NCBI GenBank assembly: GCA_050746645.1
Contig: JBOGMI010000361.1
Location: forward strand, 1 to 36,242
Direction of reading: 5' to 3'
DNA: 36,242 bases
DNA from: Bryobacteraceae bacterium
GTDB taxonomy: Bacteria > Acidobacteriota > Terriglobia > Bryobacterales > Bryobacteraceae
Shown here: one piece after another, positions 1 through 7,712 of the stretch
Position numbering within the stretch: the stretch's first letter is position 1
How the letters are laid out: every line of letters starts with the position of its first letter
Notes under the pieces: generated by a model
Databases searched by the model: none
Told to the model about the DNA's origin: nothing
What the model saw: only the letters and a program-made list of their open reading frames with translations
Translations under genes and position numbers: made by a program

Positions 1-2
1 GC

Positions 3-692
3 ATCTCCGGCCGGCCTCTAGCGATCGCGTATCTGCAGGCCACGAATCCCGCGTTGTTCAACGTGAAGACGATGGGCGCGCCGCTGCAACCTTATTTCCA
101 CCCTCCGCTCTTCCCCGGTGTTTTCAACGGTAATTACGTATTTCCCGGAAGCGCTCCGGTGACCAACACGGTGCCGGGAGCCATGGCGGTGCAGGCGGCG
201 TTTGCGGCGGCGGACTGGCTGGACATGCTGGGCGACGCGCTGAGCTATGCGCCGCTTCTGCCCCAACACGTGCTGTTCCAGTTTGGCTACGGGGATCTGG
301 AAGTGCCGAATCCGGCTGAATCGGCGGTGGTCCGCGCTGCCGATGGCCCGGCGCACACTTCCTTCTTCAATTTCGCAAAGGCCGCGGGTATCGATCCGGA
401 ATTGCTGGGCATCACGATGGACGTGGGCGGCGCCGCATTTCCGATTCTGCCGCACCGGATACTGAGCAATCCCACTGTTTTCACGGCTGTCAGCGAAACT
501 CCGCTTGCGCTCGCCGAGCAGCGGCAAGCCGCGGCGTATTTCGCTTCCGATGGGCAGTCGATCGTCGATCCGGACCAGATTTTGAATGGCACGCCATACG
601 CAAACCAGGACCTGTTCACCGACCCTGCGGTATTGCCGGAGGGGCAGAATTTTTTGCAGGTGCCGCCTTCGCAGCCTGGTGGCGGAACTTAA
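3..692 (+). CDS. hypothetical protein, C-terminal fragment (5' end lies outside the window); weakly alpha/beta-hydrolase-like
   Basis: This frame has no stop from position 3 to the TTG at 54 used by the ORF track, so the CDS most likely enters from the left edge. It ends at TAA 690-692. The strings FQFGYGDLEVPN and FPILPHRIL resemble the Asp and His loops of an alpha/beta hydrolase, but this is weak. Its 3' end overlaps the convergent kinase by 4 nt. Confidence 0.5.
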   Translation: MSGRPLAIAYLQATNPALFNVKTMGAPLQPYFHPPLFPGVFNGNYVFPGSAPVTNTVPGAMAVQAAFAAADWLDMLGDALSYAPLLPQHVLFQFGYGDLEVPNPAESAVVRAADGPAHTSFFNFAKAAGIDPELLGITMDVGGAAFPILPHRILSNPTVFTAVSETPLALAEQRQAAAYFASDGQSIVDPDQILNGTPYANQDLFTDPAVLPEGQNFLQVPPSQPGGGT

Positions 693-2104
693 ACAGAAAC
701 CGGTTCGAGGCGCGAAATTTCCAGGCTGACCGGCAGGCTGAAGAAGAACGAGGAGCCGACGCCTTCGGTTGAGGTGGCCCACATACGGCCGCCGTGGCGT
801 TCCACGATTTTTTTAGCGATGGACAAACCCATGCCGGTGCCTTCGACTTTGCGCGAGTGCAGGCGCTGGAACATGGCGAAGATGCGCTCGACATACTGAG
901 GTTGAAAACCCTGGCCGTTGTCGGAGACTGAGAACACCCAGTCGCTTTCCTGGCGCAGCGCGTTCACCGAGATGACGGGAGGCTCTTCGCGGCGGTACTT
1001 GATAGCGTTTGAAATCAGGTTTTGCAGCACCTGCAAGAGCTGCACGCGATCCACCACCAGAGCGGGCAGCGGGCCGTGCTCGATACGGCAGCCGCTTTCC
1101 CGAATGGAGGCCTGAAGCGCAATTTCGGCTTCCTCCAGCATGCTCTCAAACGATACCGGAACGCTGGCATGACCGGATTTGCGCAGGCGCACCAGGGCGA
1201 GCAGACCGTTGATGAGGTCTCCCATGCGGCGCGCGGAGGTGACGATGTAGCCGATGAACTCGTCGGCGTCTTCGTCGAGACGGCCTTTATAACGCTGTTC
1301 GAGAAGCTGGGTAAAGCTGGTAATGGTGCGGAGCGGCTCCTGCAGGTCGTGGCTGGCGACATAGGCGAACTGCTGCAGTTCCGTGTTCGATTCCTGGAGT
1401 TCCCGCGTGCGCTCGGCGATGCGGGTTTCGAGGTCGGCGTTCAAAACCGCCAGTTCGGCATGTGCGGCGTCGCGTGCATGGAGGTAGGAGATGAGCGTGC
1501 GGTAGAGCCAGGCAAGGACGCCCATGGTGATCAGCGTGCCGGCCAGAAAGAACACGAAGGAGGCCTGGCTGGTCCAATGATCGCGCTCCAGATAGGTGCG
1601 TTCCCGGCGATCCAGCAGGGCGAGCAGATCGATGGCTTGTTTGTGGATTCGGTCCATAGTCGCTTGGGCCGTGCGTGAACGCACGACCGCGAGGACTCCT
1701 TCCGGGCCGCCGCGTTGCATCATCTCGGCCGCTTTGTTCGCCTGGCGAAAACGCCCGCGCACCAGCTCCGCCAGATGGCGCACCATGGGCTCGATGTTGC
1801 GGTTGCCTGCGGCATTGCGTTTGCAGGCATCGATGTCCACGTTGAGCATGGCGTTAGCTTGCTGCAGCGGAACTAAATCGCGCGGATCGCCGGTAAGCAA
1901 AAAGCCGCGCTCGGCCGATTCCGCGCTTTGCACCAGAGACCAGAGGCTCGAAACGCTGGCATTGAGCGTGTGCGCCTGAAGCAAATGCGTGTCGGTTTGC
2001 TCCGACATCACGTCCACGAAGAAAAGCAAAAAGCAAAATGCCAGCGGCACGCAGAAGAGAAAAGCAAGACGGCGGCGCGTCCGCTTTTCAACTGGCAGGG
2101 TCAT
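689..2104 (-). CDS. sensor histidine kinase with CHASE3-like extracytoplasmic domain
   Basis: 471-aa ORF. It has an N-terminal TM helix, then a sensor region with a CHASE3-like signature (AERGFLLTGDPRDLVP), a second TM and a coiled coil. Kinase motifs present: H-box FAYVASHDLQEPLRTI, N-box NLISNAIKY, G-boxes DNGQGF and GTGMGLSIAKK. No response regulator is adjacent. Confidence 0.9.
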   Translation of the reverse strand: MTLPVEKRTRRRLAFLFCVPLAFCFLLFFVDVMSEQTDTHLLQAHTLNASVSSLWSLVQSAESAERGFLLTGDPRDLVPLQQANAMLNVDIDACKRNAAGNRNIEPMVRHLAELVRGRFRQANKAAEMMQRGGPEGVLAVVRSRTAQATMDRIHKQAIDLLALLDRRERTYLERDHWTSQASFVFFLAGTLITMGVLAWLYRTLISYLHARDAAHAELAVLNADLETRIAERTRELQESNTELQQFAYVASHDLQEPLRTITSFTQLLEQRYKGRLDEDADEFIGYIVTSARRMGDLINGLLALVRLRKSGHASVPVSFESMLEEAEIALQASIRESGCRIEHGPLPALVVDRVQLLQVLQNLISNAIKYRREEPPVISVNALRQESDWVFSVSDNGQGFQPQYVERIFAMFQRLHSRKVEGTGMGLSIAKKIVERHGGRMWATSTEGVGSSFFFSLPVSLEISRLEPVSV

Positions 2105-2129
2105 GTAGAATTTAACTGCTTCACAGGGC

Positions 2130-2135
2130 TAAAAT
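2130..2135 (+). promoter_or_regulatory. -10-like hexamer TAAAAT, 5 nt upstream of ATG 2141 (possible leaderless promoter)
   Basis: An AT-rich hexamer in a GC-rich context. No Shine-Dalgarno sequence lies between it and the start codon. Confidence 0.2.
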
Positions 2136-2140
2136 TCGGT

Positions 2141-2917
2141 ATGGCATTTTTGAATCGTGCTGTTGGTTTTTTCGGGCGCCGCATGCGCCTGATAGCGGTG
2201 ATTTGTTTTGCCGCGGGCACTCTCGCGGCGGCTCCTCCCGATACGTTTGCTACCAAAGCCGGCCCGGTCACCATCACTCCGATTTACCACGCGAGCCTCA
2301 CGTTGGCGGCCAACGGAAAGCTGATTTATGTCGATCCCTCTCCCGCGGCGCGCTTCGCTCATCGCACCAAGGCCGACCTGATTTTGATTACCCATACTCA
2401 CGCCGACCATTTCGACAAGGGCGCCATCTCCGAACTACACAAGAAGGATACTTCTATCATCGCGCCTGCCGCTGTCGCGAAACAGCTTCGCGGCGTTCAC
2501 GTTCTGAAAAACGGCCAGCAAACCATATGGGACGGATGGAAAATTCAAGCGGTTCCCATGTACAACATGAAGCGCGGCCCCGGACCAGAAGTCCTCTATC
2601 ATCCGAAAGGATGGGGGAACGGCTATGTTCTCACTTACGGAGGTAAGCGATTTTACATAGCCGGAGACACAGAGAATACTCCTGAAATGCGTAGCTTGAA
2701 AGATATAGACGTGGCGTTCGTCCCGATGAATCTGCCGTTTACCATGACGCCGGATGAGGCGGCGGCGGCGGTGAAGGCTTTCCGCCCCAAGGTGGTCTAT
2801 CCATATCACTACCGGAATGGAGACGGCACGCTGGCGAATACCAAGAAATTCAAGGCCGATCTTGCCGGTACCGGAATCGATGTCAGGCTGCGCAACTGGT
2901 ATCCGCCGCTGAAGTGA
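2141..2917 (+). CDS. MBL-fold metallo-hydrolase, probably exported
   Basis: ATG 2141 is preferred; the ORF-track start at 1928 would run through the divergent kinase start. Signal-like N-terminus MRLIAVICFAAGTLAAAPP. HxHxDH zinc motif ILITHTHADHFD. Later AGDTENTPEM and PMNLPFTMTP are typical of small MBL hydrolases. Confidence 0.85.
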   Translation: MAFLNRAVGFFGRRMRLIAVICFAAGTLAAAPPDTFATKAGPVTITPIYHASLTLAANGKLIYVDPSPAARFAHRTKADLILITHTHADHFDKGAISELHKKDTSIIAPAAVAKQLRGVHVLKNGQQTIWDGWKIQAVPMYNMKRGPGPEVLYHPKGWGNGYVLTYGGKRFYIAGDTENTPEMRSLKDIDVAFVPMNLPFTMTPDEAAAAVKAFRPKVVYPYHYRNGDGTLANTKKFKADLAGTGIDVRLRNWYPPLK

Positions 2918-3683
2918 GCGCGCGTTCGCGCATGTGACCAAAGCAAAGAGCGATGCCGGCGGCTTCTGGGCCGTTGTGCCAAAGATCGAGGAAGAGCTTG
3001 GCGTCGCTCGGCGCGGTTGTGCCCATGAAACACGGTGGGGTCGGCGTTTCAAGGCTGCCGCGCCCTTTCCCGTGCGCGCTGGTTTTTCGCAAACCGATCT
3101 TCTGTCCCACTGAGTTGGTCTGCCGGCTGCTGATCGGAATCAGCGCTAGCGCAAACAGGAGCACATTGATCTCACTCATGGCGCCCCAGAACGGATGCGA
3201 GCCGGTTTGGCTGGCGCAGAAGACCGAGACGATGGCGGCGAGAAGAGTTGCGGCGGGTCCGGCGGCGGCCACGATCATAGTTGCGCCGCGCCAAAATTCG
3301 GAACGAACCGGCACGGCCGCCACCGAGCCGCGAAAAAGACTGCGAGGCGTCAATCGAAAGCGCCAGCGGCCGCCCAATTTCTCCAAGCGAAAAGGGCCGA
3401 GCGAAGCGCCCAGCACTTCGAAGCGGAGCAGCAATGCGGCGGCCAGGTGTCCGCACTCGTGCAGCACGACCGAGACGGCGCAGGCGGCTACAAGAATAGC
3501 GAGAGAGGCGGCATTATCCAGCTTCCACTGGTCGAATGCCGCCCGAACGGCAGCCGGCGCCGCGGCGCGCATGCCTATCCCGATCGCCACGGCGGCGACC
3601 AGGAGCATCCACCAACCCCCTCCGCGCTTGCGGGCGTTTTTGCTCCGCGAGGCATTTGGTAGAAATGCGATTCCGCCTGCCAT
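2883..3683 (-). CDS. M50/site-2-protease-like membrane metalloprotease (possibly degenerate)
   Basis: 266-aa ORF with several hydrophobic segments. HExxH sits inside a hydrophobic helix (VVLHECGHLAAALLL). The second metal-ligand motif is not clean (LIPISSRQTNSVG). The 3' end overlaps the convergent MBL gene by 35 nt. Confidence 0.5.
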   Translation of the reverse strand: MAGGIAFLPNASRSKNARKRGGGWWMLLVAAVAIGIGMRAAAPAAVRAAFDQWKLDNAASLAILVAACAVSVVLHECGHLAAALLLRFEVLGASLGPFRLEKLGGRWRFRLTPRSLFRGSVAAVPVRSEFWRGATMIVAAAGPAATLLAAIVSVFCASQTGSHPFWGAMSEINVLLFALALIPISSRQTNSVGQKIGLRKTSAHGKGRGSLETPTPPCFMGTTAPSDAKLFLDLWHNGPEAAGIALCFGHMRERALTSAADTSCAA

Positions 3684-3793
3684 GGCTGCACGTTAGCGTG
3701 CTGGCGAACGCTTCCGCCAGTCCGTACCGTAACAGGCGCCGCATACCCCGGTACGCTGTATTCCGCGCAGTACGACATGCGCCGGAGCCGGCC

Positions 3794-3816
3794 CTCCCTT
3801 ACGGTCGGGGTTCTGT
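3794..3816. repeat. dispersed intergenic motif CTCCCTTACGGTCGGGGTTCTGT (family 2, copy 1)
   Basis: Near-identical to 32297-32319 (GCTCCTAACGGTCGCGGTTCTGT). Both copies are intergenic. Confidence 0.6.
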
Positions 3817-3821
3817 TTGGC

Positions 3822-3830
3822 TGGTAAACT
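3822..3830 (+). promoter_or_regulatory. extended -10-like element TGgTAAACT upstream of ftsY
   Basis: Seen in sequence, 19 nt upstream of ATG 3850. It lies inside the longer TTG-3817 version of the ORF, which argues for the ATG start. Confidence 0.25.
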
Positions 3831-3849
3831 GAAGCCGAATTCCCACGCG

Positions 3850-4800
3850 ATGGCCATTCAGACGCTATTTGGCTCGGTACCGACGGAACCCGATCTGCTT
3901 GATCGGCTGAAGACGGGCATTCAAAAGACGCGCGCGGGTTTGGTGGATCGCGTCGAAGACGTCCTCTCCGGTCGCAAGGAAATCGATGCCGATCTGCTCG
4001 ACGAACTGGAATACACCCTGATCACCGCGGATCTCGGCGTGCGCACCGTGGACGATATCCTGGCGCGCATCCAGGAGCGGATCGACCGCAAGATGACGGG
4101 CAATCTGGCCGGCATCCGCAATCTGATTCGCGAGCATCTGCTCGAAGTTCTGCGGGCTTCGGAAACGCCGGTCCGCATGGTGCGTGTGCCTCCCGCCGTC
4201 GTGATGCTGGTCGGTGTGAACGGGGCGGGGAAGACGACTACCATCGGCAAGCTGGCCCATCGCTTTCTGGGCGAAGGGCGGAAGGTGCTGCTGTGCGCCG
4301 CGGATACCTTTCGCGCGGCTGCTATCGAGCAGCTCGAAATCTGGGCGCAGCGTGCGGGCGTCGATATGATCCGGCAAAAGACCGGAGCCGATCCCAGCGC
4401 GGTGCTGTTCGATTCCTTGCAGGCCGCTAAAGCGCGCCAGGTGGATTATGTGATCGTCGATACCGCCGGGCGGCTGCACACGAAAGAAAATCTGATGGCG
4501 GAGTTGGAAAAGATGCGCCGGACCGCAAACCGGGTCATTCCCGGCTCGCCGCACGAGGTTTGGCTGGTAATGGACGCTACGACCGGGCAAAACGGTCTGG
4601 AGCAGGCGCGGAAATTTACCGGATCGGCCGGCGTCACCGGAATCATTCTGACAAAGCTCGACGGAACCGCCAAGGGAGGCGTGGTGGTGGCGATTGCCCG
4701 CGAATTGAATCTGCCCATCCGGTTTATTGGCGTGGGAGAGAAGATCGATGACCTGCTGCCCTTTGAGCCCGAGGGATTTGTCGAGTCGTTGTTCGATTAG
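3850..4800 (+). CDS. ftsY: signal recognition particle receptor FtsY (short form, no acidic A-domain)
   Basis: SRP-GTPase motifs GVNGAGKTTTIGKLA (G1), DTAGRLH (G3) and TKLDGTAKGG (G4). The ORF track starts at TTG 3817; the in-frame ATG at 3850 is preferred. Confidence 0.95.
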   Translation: MAIQTLFGSVPTEPDLLDRLKTGIQKTRAGLVDRVEDVLSGRKEIDADLLDELEYTLITADLGVRTVDDILARIQERIDRKMTGNLAGIRNLIREHLLEVLRASETPVRMVRVPPAVVMLVGVNGAGKTTTIGKLAHRFLGEGRKVLLCAADTFRAAAIEQLEIWAQRAGVDMIRQKTGADPSAVLFDSLQAAKARQVDYVIVDTAGRLHTKENLMAELEKMRRTANRVIPGSPHEVWLVMDATTGQNGLEQARKFTGSAGVTGIILTKLDGTAKGGVVVAIARELNLPIRFIGVGEKIDDLLPFEPEGFVESLFD

Positions 4801-4839
4801 CTAACAGCTAACAGCTAACAGCTAACAGCTAACAGCTAA
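4799..4839. repeat. perfect heptanucleotide tandem repeat (AGCTAAC) x5 plus AGCTAA
   Basis: Read directly from the sequence. It starts inside the ftsY TAG stop and ends at the base before the ribD ATG, so it fills the entire intergenic spacer. Confidence 0.97.
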
Positions 4840-5949
4840 ATGCTTGATGCAGATTACATGTCGGAGGCCCTCGCGCTCGCCGAGCGCGGCCGTGGCGCGA
4901 CCAGTCCCAATCCGGCAGTGGGCGCGGTGGTCGTCAGCGATGGCCGCATCGTGGGGCGCGGTTTTCATACCTGGGCCGGAGTCGATCACGCCGAAACCGT
5001 TGCTTTGCGGGAAGCCGGCGAGGCGGCGCGCGGTTCGACGCTCTACGTGACGCTTGAGCCGTGCTCGCATTGCGGGCGCACGCAGCCATGCGTCGAAGCG
5101 ATTGCGGGGGCGGGAGTGGCGCGGGTGGTCGCCGCGATGCAAGATCCGAATCCGCAGGTGAGCGGCGAAGGCTTTCGCAGGCTGCGCGAAGCCGGAATCG
5201 AGGTTGCCTCCGGCGAAGCTCATCGAGCGGCTGCCGAGCGGCTCAACGAGGCGTTCGTCCATTTCATGAAAACCGGGCGGCCGCTGGTGACGGTGAAATC
5301 GGCGCTGACGCTGGACGGAAAAATCGCCGCGCCGCGCGACAACCAAGGCTGGATCACGAGCGAGATCGCCCGCGCCGACGTGCAGCAGGTGCGCCATCTC
5401 GCCGATGCCATTCTGACCGGCATCGGAACGGTCACGAACGACGACTGCCTGCTCACCGACCGCACCGGCCTGGAGCGCAGCCGTCCGCTGCTGCGCATCG
5501 TGCTCGATTCGCAGCTCCGGATTCCGCTGACGTCGAAGATGGTTCGCAGCGCGCGCGGCGATGTCCTGGTGGCTACCACTTCGGCGGCTTCCGAGATGCG
5601 CAGGAAAGCGCTGGAAGCGGCGGGCATTCGGGTGTTGATCGCCGACGGAACCGCCGGACGCACGGATCCGAAGCAAGTGGTTGCCTGGCTTGCCCGCGAG
5701 CGCTATCTTTCCTTGATGGTAGAGGCGGGAGCGCGCGTCAATTGGACCATGCTCGACTCTCAGATCGCGGATAAGATTCTTTTTTATTACGCGCCGAAAA
5801 TTCTGGGCGGGCTCAAGAGCCTTCCGGTTGCCGGAGGCGCCGGCCGCCAGCGGCGCATGGATGCGATCTTGCTCGATCGAGTTGCTCTGCGCAAGGTTTC
5901 GGAAAACGAGTTCGCCGTGGAAGCCTACGTCCAGAACCCTAAATCTTGA
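4840..5949 (+). CDS. ribD: bifunctional diaminohydroxyphosphoribosylaminopyrimidine deaminase / 5-amino-6-(5-phosphoribosylamino)uracil reductase
   Basis: N-terminal CMP/dCMP-type deaminase zinc motifs (VDHAETVAL, TLEPCSHCGRTQPC), followed by the RibD C-terminal reductase domain (KSALTLDGKIA, VEAGARV). Confidence 0.95.
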   Translation: MLDADYMSEALALAERGRGATSPNPAVGAVVVSDGRIVGRGFHTWAGVDHAETVALREAGEAARGSTLYVTLEPCSHCGRTQPCVEAIAGAGVARVVAAMQDPNPQVSGEGFRRLREAGIEVASGEAHRAAAERLNEAFVHFMKTGRPLVTVKSALTLDGKIAAPRDNQGWITSEIARADVQQVRHLADAILTGIGTVTNDDCLLTDRTGLERSRPLLRIVLDSQLRIPLTSKMVRSARGDVLVATTSAASEMRRKALEAAGIRVLIADGTAGRTDPKQVVAWLARERYLSLMVEAGARVNWTMLDSQIADKILFYYAPKILGGLKSLPVAGGAGRQRRMDAILLDRVALRKVSENEFAVEAYVQNPKS

Positions 5950-5990
5950 AACTGAGATGGAAGCGTAAGCGACCTAGCTTGGGATGCCTC
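5950..5990. repeat. dispersed intergenic element, family 1, copy A (partial)
   Basis: Contains GGAAGCGTAAGCGACCTAGC (5959-5978), a 20-nt exact match to 18556-18575. It also matches 12460-12490 with a few substitutions. Confidence 0.8.
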
Positions 5991-6007
5991 TATGGTGAAG
6001 TAAAACT

Positions 6008-6850
6008 ATGGACAGCTTTCTGGACGCGGCGATCGAGATCGCCCAGCAGGCCGGCGGGATTCTGATGGATCGGCGCGGCGTCGGTTTCGAGCTGAAAGGC
6101 GCATTCGATTTGGTCACCGCCGCCGACCGCGCGAGCGAGCGCTTCATTGTCGAGCAGTTGCAGAAGCGCTTTCCCCAGCACGGGATCGTGGCGGAAGAGG
6201 GCGGCCGCGCCGAAATGCGCTCGGAATTCCGCTGGTATGTCGATCCGCTGGACGGCACAACCAATTTCGCGCACGGGTTTCCCATGTGGAACGTGACGCT
6301 GGCGCTGGCGCGCAAAGAGCAAGTCGTTGCCGGCGTGATTTACGATCCGCTCCGCCGGGAAATGTTTGCGGCCGAGCGTGGGGCGGGCGCGCGGCTCAAC
6401 GAGACGCCCATTCGTACCAGCAAGGCAAGCAGGCTTGAGGACGCCTTGCTCGCCACCGGCTTCCCCAGCCGCAAGCGGCACGAAAACGTAAACATCCATT
6501 TTTATTACCAGGCGGCCATGATCACGCACGGCATCCGCCGCGGTGGTTCGGCGGCTCTCGACCTGGCGTACACCGCGTGCGGGCGGCTGGACGGCTTTTG
6601 GGAGTTTGGGCTGAATCCGTGGGACATGGCGGCGGGAACGCTGATGGTGGAAGAAGCCGGCGGACGCGTTTCGGGAATGCGCGGAGAGCCGCTCGATCTG
6701 CACGGGAAGTATTTGCTGGCGGACAACGGATTGCTGCACGAAGAAACGCTGCAATTCTTCGATGAAATTTTCGAAGGCCGTTATCGATACGAGATGCCGT
6801 CGCTGCCGGCAGAAGCCTTCGAAGCCGAACGGGAGCTGCAGCATGGCTGA
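6008..6850 (+). CDS. suhB: inositol monophosphatase family protein
   Basis: IMPase signatures WYVDPLDGTTNFAHGFP and GSAALDLAYTACGRLDGFWE. Confidence 0.85.
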   Translation: MDSFLDAAIEIAQQAGGILMDRRGVGFELKGAFDLVTAADRASERFIVEQLQKRFPQHGIVAEEGGRAEMRSEFRWYVDPLDGTTNFAHGFPMWNVTLALARKEQVVAGVIYDPLRREMFAAERGAGARLNETPIRTSKASRLEDALLATGFPSRKRHENVNIHFYYQAAMITHGIRRGGSAALDLAYTACGRLDGFWEFGLNPWDMAAGTLMVEEAGGRVSGMRGEPLDLHGKYLLADNGLLHEETLQFFDEIFEGRYRYEMPSLPAEAFEAERELQHG

Positions 6851-7697
6851 GCTGCCGCCGGCGCCGCTGACGCTGGAAGGCGCGACGGTGCTGCACCAAA
6901 TGTTCCGTGTGCGGCGCGCGGCTTTGCGAGCCGCACCGGTTTCTACACGCAGAAGAGCGATCGATGAGGCGGCGCGTGTGCTTGGCGAAATGGAGCAGCG
7001 CGCGGCCGATGGCCATCCGGCGCAAACCGCCGTCTATTCGCAGATCGGGCACAAGGGCGATCTGCTGCTGCTGCATTTTCGCGAATCGATGGAGGCGGCG
7101 CATCGCGCCGAGCTTGCCGTGGCGCAATTGGAACTGAGCGATTATTTGGAAGCGACGCACTCCTATCTGTCGATGGTGGAATTGGGCTTGTACGAATCGT
7201 CGGCCAAAGCCTATGGCCAGCTTGCCGAAAAAGGACACGAGCCGCATTCGGCCGAGTGGCAGGCGGGAATCGACGAAGTGACGCGCCGCCAAGCGGCTGC
7301 AATGACGCCGCGGCTATGGCCGGAAATTCCGCAAAGCCGATATCTCTGCTTCTATCCCATGGACCGGAAGCGCGGCGAAGCGAAAAACTGGTATCTCGAA
7401 TCGATGGCCGAAAGACAGCGACTGATGCAAGAGCACAGCGCGATTGGCAGGCGCTATGCGGGCTGTGTGAGGCAAATCATTACCGGGTCGATCGGCTTCG
7501 ACGATTGGGAATGGGGTGTGGATCTGTTTGCCGACGATCCGCTAGTATTTAAGAAGCTGATCTACGAGATGCGCTTCGACGAAGCCAGCGCGATCTACGC
7601 GCTCTTCGGCATGTTCTATGTTGGCCTGCGGGTGGCGGCGGCGCAAATCGGCAATCTTCTCCTCTCGGGAGAACTACAAACGGAACCCCGAGCATAA
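6843..7697 (+). CDS. chlorite dismutase family protein (HemQ/ChdC-like coproheme decarboxylase candidate)
   Basis: ATG 6843 overlaps the suhB stop (ATGGCTGA). The ORF-track start at 6762 lies inside suhB. Conserved Cld-family strings: LCFYPMDRKRGEAKNWY, GSIGFDDWEWGVDLFADDP, IYEMRFDEASA. Confidence 0.8.
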   Translation: MAELPPAPLTLEGATVLHQMFRVRRAALRAAPVSTRRRAIDEAARVLGEMEQRAADGHPAQTAVYSQIGHKGDLLLLHFRESMEAAHRAELAVAQLELSDYLEATHSYLSMVELGLYESSAKAYGQLAEKGHEPHSAEWQAGIDEVTRRQAAAMTPRLWPEIPQSRYLCFYPMDRKRGEAKNWYLESMAERQRLMQEHSAIGRRYAGCVRQIITGSIGFDDWEWGVDLFADDPLVFKKLIYEMRFDEASAIYALFGMFYVGLRVAAAQIGNLLLSGELQTEPRA

Positions 7698-7712
7698 GCG
7701 AGGGGAGGCGAG

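Noticed and set aside
1928-2140. Upstream extension of the MBL hydrolase ORF; similar N-terminal extensions occur at 6762-6842, 33145-33231 and 35599-35760
   Set aside because: The extensions overlap neighbouring genes. They precede internal ATGs that immediately yield signal peptides (or, for the Cld gene at 6843, a start inside the suhB stop). They have an unprotein-like composition.
4799-4839. Possible CRISPR array or FMN riboswitch upstream of ribD
   Set aside because: The units are contiguous 7-mers with no spacers, so this is not a CRISPR array. At 39 nt the spacer is too short to hold an FMN (RFN) element, and it has none of that element's conserved helices.
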